The position numbers were made by a program, and so were the translations under genes. From contig JADQBC010000001.1 of the NCBI GenBank assembly GCA_016903655.1, positions 13,371 to 77,370 of the forward strand: DNA of 64,000 nt. Direction: 5' to 3'. The stretch is from Gomphosphaeria aponina SAG 52.96 = DSM 107014 (GTDB lineage Bacteria > Cyanobacteriota > Cyanobacteriia > Cyanobacteriales > Gomphosphaeriaceae). Shown piece by piece: positions 57,416-64,000 of the stretch (position 1 is its first letter; every line of letters starts with the position of its first letter). The notes beneath the pieces are model-generated. The model had not been told where the DNA came from, did no database searches, and worked only from the letters and a program-made list of their open reading frames with translations.

Positions 57416-57997
57416 ATGGTAAAGAAAAAATGTTTTTTTGGGATTAAAACCGATCGCCAGGTTGACGGCGACAAAATGAATGCAAAATTATCTCAAGAAG
57501 TTTTGGCCCAAGGGGGTGAAAATGCTGCAATTAATGCTTGTATGCAGTGTGGTACTTGTAGCGGTGGTTGTCCCAATGCAGAAAGAATGGATCTGTTACC
57601 CAGAAGTCTGGTGTTGATGGTACAACGGGGAGAATGGGAAAAAGTGCTTAAAAGTCAAACTCTCTGGCTCTGTAGTTCATGTCATACTTGCACCTCTCGC
57701 TGTCCTCGTGGGGTTCGTCCTACAGATGTCATTGAAGCAGTAAAGGCGATCGCCATTAGGGAAGGAATTAAAAACGATTCTGTAAGATTTAATCAGATAT
57801 TTGTGGAGTTAATTGAAAAAAGAGGCATTCTTTTTGAACCTGAATTAATGCTGAAATATGGCGGACTTAAAGCCCTTGTTGATCAAGCAGAATTGGGGAT
57901 TAAATTAACTTTAAAAGGTAAATTATCTCCCTTCCCTCCCAAAGTCAAAGAACCAAAAAAATTTAGTGAAGCATTAACAAAAGCGGTGAAAAAATGA
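57416..57997 (+). CDS. hdrC: Heterodisulfide reductase subunit C-like (sHdrC2)
   Basis: CMQCGTCSGGCP and CSSCHTCTSRCP. I prefer the ATG at 57416 (or 57476), because the track start at 57296 lies inside the repeat. ATGA overlap with hdrB2. Confidence 0.75.
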   Translation: MVKKKCFFGIKTDRQVDGDKMNAKLSQEVLAQGGENAAINACMQCGTCSGGCPNAERMDLLPRSLVLMVQRGEWEKVLKSQTLWLCSSCHTCTSRCPRGVRPTDVIEAVKAIAIREGIKNDSVRFNQIFVELIEKRGILFEPELMLKYGGLKALVDQAELGIKLTLKGKLSPFPPKVKEPKKFSEALTKAVKK

Positions 57998-58857
57998 AAT
58001 ATTCTTATTATCCAGGATGCAGCCTTCATTCTTCGGCAAAAGAGTTTGACATCTCCACCAAAGTGGTAATGAAGGAGTTAGAAATTGAACTAGAAGAACT
58101 TCAGGACTGGTCATGTTGTGGGGGTTCTATTGCAGGAGGAGTTGATCACAATATTGGAATGGCATTAGCAGCGAGAAATGTAGTTTTAGCCCAAAATCAA
58201 AATCAAGACTTATTAGCAGCTTGTTCTGGTTGTTACAATAAGTCAGCTAAAGCAGCTCAAGCCTTAGAAAATGAGCAAGAAAGAGCAAAGATTACCTCAA
58301 TTCTTACTGATATGGGAATGTCGGTTTCTAATCAGAAAATTAAAGTCAGAAATGTGGTAGATGTTTTGGTCAATGATTTAGACATTGCACCCAAAATTAA
58401 AAAACCACTAACAGGATTAAAAGTTGCTTGTTATTATGGTTGTCTTTTAACTCGACCAGCGGATATTACGGGCTGGGATTCACCAGTTTTTCCCATGTCA
58501 TTAGACAAATTAGCACAAAAATGTGGAGCTGAAGTAGTAGATTTTCGTTCAAAAACTAAATGTTGTGGTGGGCCCATTTTAGTTCCCCAGGAAGAAGTTG
58601 CTTTTGAAATGACGAAAAAACTCCTAGATGAAGCAAAATCCCTCGGTGCAGATTGTATAATTTTAGCCTGTCCCTTGTGTTCAAATAATCTTGAATTAAG
58701 ACAGCCTGATATTGAGAAAAAGTATAATGTTAACTATAATTTGCCCATTCTTTATATCACAGAATTAATTGGGTTAGCATTAGGAATTAAACCGAGAAAA
58801 TTGGGATTAGATAAACATCTTGTTTCCACAAAACCTGTTTTAGCTAAAGTTAGTTAA
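57994..58857 (+). CDS. hdrB: Heterodisulfide reductase subunit B-like (sHdrB2)
   Basis: Two complete CCG domains: YYPGC...SCCGGS...ACSGC and YYGC...KCCGGP...ACPLC. Confidence 0.85.
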   Translation: MKYSYYPGCSLHSSAKEFDISTKVVMKELEIELEELQDWSCCGGSIAGGVDHNIGMALAARNVVLAQNQNQDLLAACSGCYNKSAKAAQALENEQERAKITSILTDMGMSVSNQKIKVRNVVDVLVNDLDIAPKIKKPLTGLKVACYYGCLLTRPADITGWDSPVFPMSLDKLAQKCGAEVVDFRSKTKCCGGPILVPQEEVAFEMTKKLLDEAKSLGADCIILACPLCSNNLELRQPDIEKKYNVNYNLPILYITELIGLALGIKPRKLGLDKHLVSTKPVLAKVS

Positions 58858-58919
58858 AGTTACTATAGCAAACAAGATTTGATTTGTGTAATATTATACT
58901 AAGTATAAGATTACACAAA

Positions 58920-59612
58920 TCATTTAGACTGGCTATAGATGCTTGTTTTCAATTCTTCTGCCAACATATTCTGGTAAATTTGGGGTAAATAACGACTCAT
59001 AAAATTGGTTTCTTTCCCATATCCTAAACTTGTCCAAGTTCCCGAAAGCAACTTTAATACTTCTTGGATTTTTCCCTCACGTAACAATTGGGAAATATCT
59101 ACTCCCCACCCTTGACTATCACTTAACCAAGCATACACCACCGCATCTTGATATTCTGGCTCAAAACTATAGGATTTCCACCAGAATAAACCAGAAACTT
59201 GGGGATGATAACGTTGTGCTTTTTCATCCCAAGTGGTATTGATAAATTGATATCTTCCCGCAGCAGTTGAGCATTGATTTGTATTCGATTTTTTATTAAT
59301 AAGAATACAACGATTGGGATGAGTGCTTAAATCGGATACATACTCACCACCATAGATAACATGATAGGGTTTAGACACATTAGCTTCACTAGCAGTAATG
59401 GTGCGCATTAAAGCGCGAATATAGGGATCTCCCCCTTTCATTGCTAAGGGTGGGGTCCCATAAACATTAGGGAAAAAAGGAAGCGATCGCCCAAGGGGCA
59501 AGGCCTGGGGCCATCGCCCTCCTATTTTTCCCCCTTGCAAATTTAAAACCAACAGTCCTAACCCAGACATCAAACCGATAAAACGGAGGGTTTTTCCTAT
59601 GCTTTTCAACAC
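58920..59612 (-). CDS. Lambda-lysozyme-like (GH104) lytic transglycosylase with N-terminal membrane anchor
   Basis: ITASEA...YHVIYGG...THP...STAAGRYQF...TWD parallels phage lambda R (WSEGT...YDVIVGG...HPR...STGAGRYQL...WWD). Confidence 0.6.
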   Translation of the reverse strand: MLKSIGKTLRFIGLMSGLGLLVLNLQGGKIGGRWPQALPLGRSLPFFPNVYGTPPLAMKGGDPYIRALMRTITASEANVSKPYHVIYGGEYVSDLSTHPNRCILINKKSNTNQCSTAAGRYQFINTTWDEKAQRYHPQVSGLFWWKSYSFEPEYQDAVVYAWLSDSQGWGVDISQLLREGKIQEVLKLLSGTWTSLGYGKETNFMSRYLPQIYQNMLAEELKTSIYSQSK

Positions 59613-59766
59613 CTAGCTCATCCTCATCAAATTGCCTGTCTGTTACTAATCAGACCATATTAACTAATAGTCGGAGTTAAAAGAGAAATGGGTAAGAGGA
59701 AAAACCAGAATTTACTCATGTCTAATAACTATTCCTATTTTAACTTAGGTTCAGGTTAAGATTTGC

Positions 59767-61227
59767 TCAAAAAACTTCTACTCCCTGAAAATCTGTTATT
59801 TTGCGATTAGCTGCTTCACCACAAGTGCGCGGTGTTGGAAAAATCTTCCCAGGATTAGCTAAACCTTGCGGATTAAATACCTGCCGCACATATTGCATGG
59901 TTTCCAAATCAGCATCGCTAAACATAGCGGGCATATAACATTTTTTATCAGCACCGATGCCATGTTCTCCTGAAATACTGCCCCCAACTCTCACACAAAG
60001 TTTGAGAATTTCTCCCCCTAATTCTTCCACTTTTGCCAATGCCCCAGCCACAGCATTATCATATAAAATTAAAGGGTGAAGATTCCCATCTCCTGCATGA
60101 AAAACATTAGCAATTTTAAAGCCATATTGTTCACTTAAAACGTTAATTTCTTTTAACACTTCTACTAATTGGGTACGGGGAATTACCCCATCTTGCACAA
60201 AATAATTAGGACTAATATGGCCCGCAGCAGCAAAAGCAGCTTTGCGACCTTTCCATAATAAAAAGCGAGTTTCTGAGTCATTTGCTGAGGTAATATTTCT
60301 GGCCCCATGCTCTTGACAAATTGCAGCAACTCGCTTTTTATTAGTCCCTACTTCCACTTCCAAACCATCTAATTCTACTAAAAGAATTGCCTCTGCATCT
60401 CGTGGATAACAACCTGTTTTGACAACATCTTCTACAGCATTAATAGTCAGGTTATCCATTATTTCCATGCCTGCGGGAATAATTCCTGAACTGATAATAT
60501 TTGCTACAGCAGCCCCCGCCGCTTCAATACTGAGAAAGTCAGCTAAGACAACACAAATAGATTCTGGGGTTTTCAGAATGCGGAGGGTAATTTCTGTCGC
60601 CACCCCTAATGTACCTTCAGAACCGACAAACACCCCCGTTAAATCATATCCAGGCATTTCTGGCACTGTTCCCCCTACATCTATAATCGAACCATCAGCA
60701 GTTACCAATTTTAACCCCAGGACATGGTTAGTAGTTACCCCGTATTTGAGACAATGGACACCGCCAGAATTTTCTGCTACATTACCACCAATGGAGCAAA
60801 TAATCTGACTGGAGGGATCTGGAGCATAATAAAATCCTGCCCCACTGACGCTTTGCGTGACCCAGTTGTTGATTACTCCAGGTTGTACCACAACCCGCTG
60901 GTTTTCTAAATCAATTTCTATGATTTTCTTCATTCTCGCAGTAACAATAAGAACACAGTTTTCCACTGGTAAGGCACCCCCAGATAAACCCGTTCCCGCA
61001 CCCCTAGCTACCCAGGGGATTTGATTTGCGTTACAAATCTTTACAGCCGCCGCTACTTGGTCAGTGGTTTGAGGTAATACTACCAGACTTGGGCGCTGAC
61101 GATAAGCGCTTAAACCATCGCATTCGTATGTCAGTACTTCTTCTTTCCGTCTAATTACACCATCTTTGCCAATCACAGCTTCAAATTGCTTAATAATTGG
61201 TTTCCACTTGTTTTCTAAGCGTAACAT
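59767..61227 (-). CDS. glcD: Glycolate oxidase FAD-linked subunit
   Basis: 486 aa with an FAD-binding PCMH domain (ARGAGTGLSGGA) and a GlcD-like C-terminus (ISGEHGIG). Confidence 0.9.
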   Translation of the reverse strand: MLRLENKWKPIIKQFEAVIGKDGVIRRKEEVLTYECDGLSAYRQRPSLVVLPQTTDQVAAAVKICNANQIPWVARGAGTGLSGGALPVENCVLIVTARMKKIIEIDLENQRVVVQPGVINNWVTQSVSGAGFYYAPDPSSQIICSIGGNVAENSGGVHCLKYGVTTNHVLGLKLVTADGSIIDVGGTVPEMPGYDLTGVFVGSEGTLGVATEITLRILKTPESICVVLADFLSIEAAGAAVANIISSGIIPAGMEIMDNLTINAVEDVVKTGCYPRDAEAILLVELDGLEVEVGTNKKRVAAICQEHGARNITSANDSETRFLLWKGRKAAFAAAGHISPNYFVQDGVIPRTQLVEVLKEINVLSEQYGFKIANVFHAGDGNLHPLILYDNAVAGALAKVEELGGEILKLCVRVGGSISGEHGIGADKKCYMPAMFSDADLETMQYVRQVFNPQGLANPGKIFPTPRTCGEAANRKITDFQGVEVF

Positions 61228-61268
61228 TGTTTTGCCTGAAATTTAAATTATTATCTTTTATTATAACC

Positions 61269-61610
61269 ATGAATCAAAATGCTCATCAACCCCGTCCTGG
61301 GGATGTTGTACTTGGTAATCAGCTACCACAACCAATTAATGCTGCTGTTTTAGGCGGGTTAGCAGGAGTTAAACAAAGGCTGAAGTTGGTATCTGACGGC
61401 GATGAAACAATAATGTATTTGTTGTTAGAAGCTTTAAATTATGGAGCCGCTGGGGAAGATTTTGTTTTTCATTTTTTGACCACATCTTCTGGTAGAATCG
61501 GGTTAAAAGCTTATGATTTACTTTGGCGCTGGGGGGATTTAGCAACTAAACAAGAAATGGTTAAGTATTTCTGTGGGATGGCAGAAGAAATTGAGTTGGT
61601 CATTATTTGA
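61269..61610 (+). CDS. Hypothetical protein
   Basis: The N-terminal GDVVLGN...AAVLGGLAGVKQRL...EALNYGAAG pattern recurs at the N-terminus of many cyanobacterial HEAT-like proteins (from memory). ATG at 61269. Confidence 0.45.
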   Translation: MNQNAHQPRPGDVVLGNQLPQPINAAVLGGLAGVKQRLKLVSDGDETIMYLLLEALNYGAAGEDFVFHFLTTSSGRIGLKAYDLLWRWGDLATKQEMVKYFCGMAEEIELVII

Positions 61611-61650
61611 TTGTTAAAATTCTGAGAATTAAAAATTGAGAGGAGGAAAA

Positions 61651-62478
61651 ATGGCAGAAGTAAATCCCATTCCTGTGGTAGTAAATGGAGCAGCGGGAAA
61701 AATGGGCAAAGAAGTAATTAAAGCAGTAGCCGCCGCTGAAGATATGATGTTAGTGGGGGCAGTGGAAAGAAATCCCCAATATTTGGGCAAAGATGTAGGG
61801 GAAATAGCAGGATGTGACCCATTAGAAGTTCCCATTGTTAATGATTTGCAAAGTATTTTAGTCCTAGCAACCCAGGAAAAAGTACAGGGAGTAATGGTGG
61901 ATTTTACTCACCCAGATAGTGTGTATGAAAATGTGAGAAGTGCGATCGCCTATGGAGTCAGACCAGTAGTTGGTACAACTGGACTTAGTACAGAGCAAAT
62001 ACAAGACTTGGCTGACTTTGCAGAAAAGGCTAGCACTGGAGCATTAATTATTCCTAATTTTTCCATCGGTATGGTATTGCTGCAACAAGCAGCTATGGAA
62101 GCGGCTAAATACTTTGACCATGTGGAAATTATTGAACTGCACCATAACCAAAAGGCAGATGCTCCCAGCGGTACAGCTATTAAAACAGCCCAAATGTTGG
62201 CAGCTAAGGGCAAAACATACAATGAAAAACAAGTAGCAGAGACGGAAAATATTTCAGGAGCTAGAGGGGGAGTAACGGCAGAAAATATTAATCTTCATAG
62301 TGTTAGATTACCAGGTTTAATTGCTCACCAAGAAGTTATTTTTGGGGCAGCAGGACAAATTTATACTTTACGCCATGACACTACCGATCGGTCTTGCTAT
62401 ATGCCTGGAGTGTTATTAGCTATTCGTCAAGTAACTCAACTCAAATCTTTAATTTATGGCCTGGAAAAAATTTTATAG
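61651..62478 (+). CDS. dapB: 4-hydroxy-tetrahydrodipicolinate reductase
   Basis: [11 protein letters not shown] and [15 protein letters not shown]. The ATG at 61651 is preceded by GAGGAGG. Confidence 0.95.
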   Translation: MAEVNPIPVVVNGAAGKMGKEVIKAVAAAEDMMLVGAVERNPQYLGKDVGEIAGCDPLEVPIVNDLQSILVLATQEKVQGVMVDFTHPDSVYENVRSAIAYGVRPVVGTTGLSTEQIQDLADFAEKASTGALIIPNFSIGMVLLQQAAMEAAKYFDHVEIIELHHNQKADAPSGTAIKTAQMLAAKGKTYNEKQVAETENISGARGGVTAENINLHSVRLPGLIAHQEVIFGAAGQIYTLRHDTTDRSCYMPGVLLAIRQVTQLKSLIYGLEKIL

Positions 62479-62511
62479 TTGAGGAGTGGGCGGGTTGGGA
62501 AACCAAACCCT

Positions 62512-64000
62512 TTATTCTCCTTTAAGCAGCTTGAGTACTTCTACTTGATCCGCTTCTAAAGAAGTTAACACATCACTTAACTGTTGGTTTTTCGATTGCA
62601 GTTGATCAATTTGTTTCCCAGTAGCAGAGGCGATCGCTGCTAGAGTTTGGTTAATGCGTAGCTTTTCTTGCTCCAAACCACCCATCAAAACCTGAAAAAG
62701 TTTCTCTGTAACTATTTTAACCAGGGACTGATATTTATTCAGTAAAGTAGTTCTCAAATTTTCTGTTGTTTCTTCGATATTTAATGTATCAACATCCTGT
62801 TTATTCACGCAATAAATTCCCTGAGACACCAAAGAAAACCATTCATCCCCCAAGTCTTGATTTTCTTCCGTTAACACCGAAACATCCAGCAACGTTTCTA
62901 AGTTAAAAGGAGGAATTTTTCCAGGTTCACAGGAGAAATCTTGGGGAGAAAAGTTGGGAATTACTTCATGAAGTGCCGACTTACTTCTCATCCAAAAACC
63001 ATTTAAGCCTCCCACCGCATAAAAATTACAAATCTTCTCCCATTCTTCTCCCATCCATTGAACAAAATCTGGTTTAAGCAGAGCAACCAGTCGCTGGTGA
63101 ATGCTTTCCGACTCCTCCGTTCCCTCTACATATAAGTACAGATAAACATTCTCTTCATCTTCCCCTTGATTGGTTTTCAATTGGCTAATAAATTTTTCTA
63201 GTTTTGACCCTAAACTATGGGGTTTCCAAGGTAACAAAAACCCTACCCTTGATTTATTTATTTCTTGTTTAAATTGTCTAAAAATATTTTCTTTATCTTG
63301 AGCTATTTCTTTGAACACATAACTTGTTTCTGTTTGTAGCTCACTTTCACTCATTCCCTGGGAAGCTGTTTTAATCTTATTTTTTAAATATACCTTAATC
63401 TGATTAAATCCCCAATCAATTTTCTGATTAATTTCATGGCTTAATTCTTGAAAATACTTAGCATTTACTGCCTTAAATATTTCCTCTAAAAGCTGGGTAT
63501 ATTCCCTAAGATTAGGATTATTCTCAACCAGGGAAGCAAAAACTAGGGAAATTACCTTATTTCTATTATTACTTTGTACCCAGCTTTGTAAAGCCGTGAT
63601 ATTCGCTTGAGCTTCTGGAGTTCGAGGATTCCTTTCCCCATCCACTACAATAATTATGTGCTGTTTTTTGGCTTTAATTGCCACTTTAATCAACTCAATC
63701 TCATTAAAATTTATCGTCTTAGTTGGCTGATAAACTAAAATCAGGACATCACAATTTTTTAGTAATAGTAACGGTTCAAATTTGAGCGACAGGGAAGTAT
63801 CTTCTGGAGTGTGAAACTTAAAAATTAACTCTAAACTTTCAGGATTATTAAGTTCCCCTAAGTTAATTTTATCCCCAAGATGCAAAGGGACAAAAGAACT
63901 CCCTACCAGGCGCTCTCCATTAATAAAAGTCCCATGACTACTGTTGAGATCCCGCAAGTGCCAACCTTGACCATCAGAGATAATTTCAGCGTGTCTTTTA
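62512..64000 (-). CDS. FHA-domain protein with large uncharacterised C-terminal region (5' end outside window)
   Basis: The frame stays open to the window edge. The FHA core is ...GWHLRDLNSSHGTFINGERL...LGDKINLG. The remainder is helical or unknown. Confidence 0.7.
   Translation of the reverse strand, partial: KRHAEIISDGQGWHLRDLNSSHGTFINGERLVGSSFVPLHLGDKINLGELNNPESLELIFKFHTPEDTSLSLKFEPLLLLKNCDVLILVYQPTKTINFNEIELIKVAIKAKKQHIIIVVDGERNPRTPEAQANITALQSWVQSNNRNKVISLVFASLVENNPNLREYTQLLEEIFKAVNAKYFQELSHEINQKIDWGFNQIKVYLKNKIKTASQGMSESELQTETSYVFKEIAQDKENIFRQFKQEINKSRVGFLLPWKPHSLGSKLEKFISQLKTNQGEDEENVYLYLYVEGTEESESIHQRLVALLKPDFVQWMGEEWEKICNFYAVGGLNGFWMRSKSALHEVIPNFSPQDFSCEPGKIPPFNLETLLDVSVLTEENQDLGDEWFSLVSQGIYCVNKQDVDTLNIEETTENLRTTLLNKYQSLVKIVTEKLFQVLMGGLEQEKLRINQTLAAIASATGKQIDQLQSKNQQLSDVLTSLEADQVEVLKLLKGE

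Overview
The window looks like cyanobacterial chromosome. It has about 38 HIP1 GCGATCGC palindromes by eye, STRR-like heptamer arrays, and psbI, chlB, cpcG and nblA. Most of it is ordinary housekeeping: gcvT, ispF, pyrF, tyrS, a class A PBP, comB, ccs1, queF, chlB, a bciB-like gene, scpA, pdxH, glcD and dapB. Two small genes are missing from the ORF track, psbI (1279-1395) and nblA (42121-42288), and there is one free-standing tRNA-Ala(UGC). Two accessory, HIP1-poor segments stand out. (1) The top candidate is a tightly coupled four-gene minus-strand operon at the window centre (29014-33749). It encodes a sigma-70 region-2-like protein, a small region-4-like protein, a DUF1822 protein, and a membrane protein that joins an N-terminal CHAT (caspase-fold) protease domain to a periplasmic CHASE2 sensor. 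I know of no described function for this combination. It resembles a protease-to-sigma switch, analogous to type III-E Craspase (Csx29-Csx30-sigma) but without CRISPR. (2) A sulfide/persulfide island spans 47.9-58.9 kb. It contains an ArsR/SqrR-like regulator, a type II SQR, rhodaneses, a TrxR-like flavoprotein, DUF442 plus persulfide dioxygenase, a TauE exporter, and a complete sHdr-like hdrC1B1A-hdrC2B2 set. A second SQR paralog lies at 34.7 kb. Other points of interest are a three-copy bipartite intergenic repeat (33.8, 37.9 and 41.9 kb), a tRNA-Ala(UGC)/trhO/O-methyltransferase cluster, a CpcD-DUF1816 fusion in a phycobilisome gene cluster, MITE-like repeat families, heptamer arrays, and an 84-bp tandem-repeat coiled-coil gene. 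All calls come from reading the sequence and translations by eye. No searches were run.
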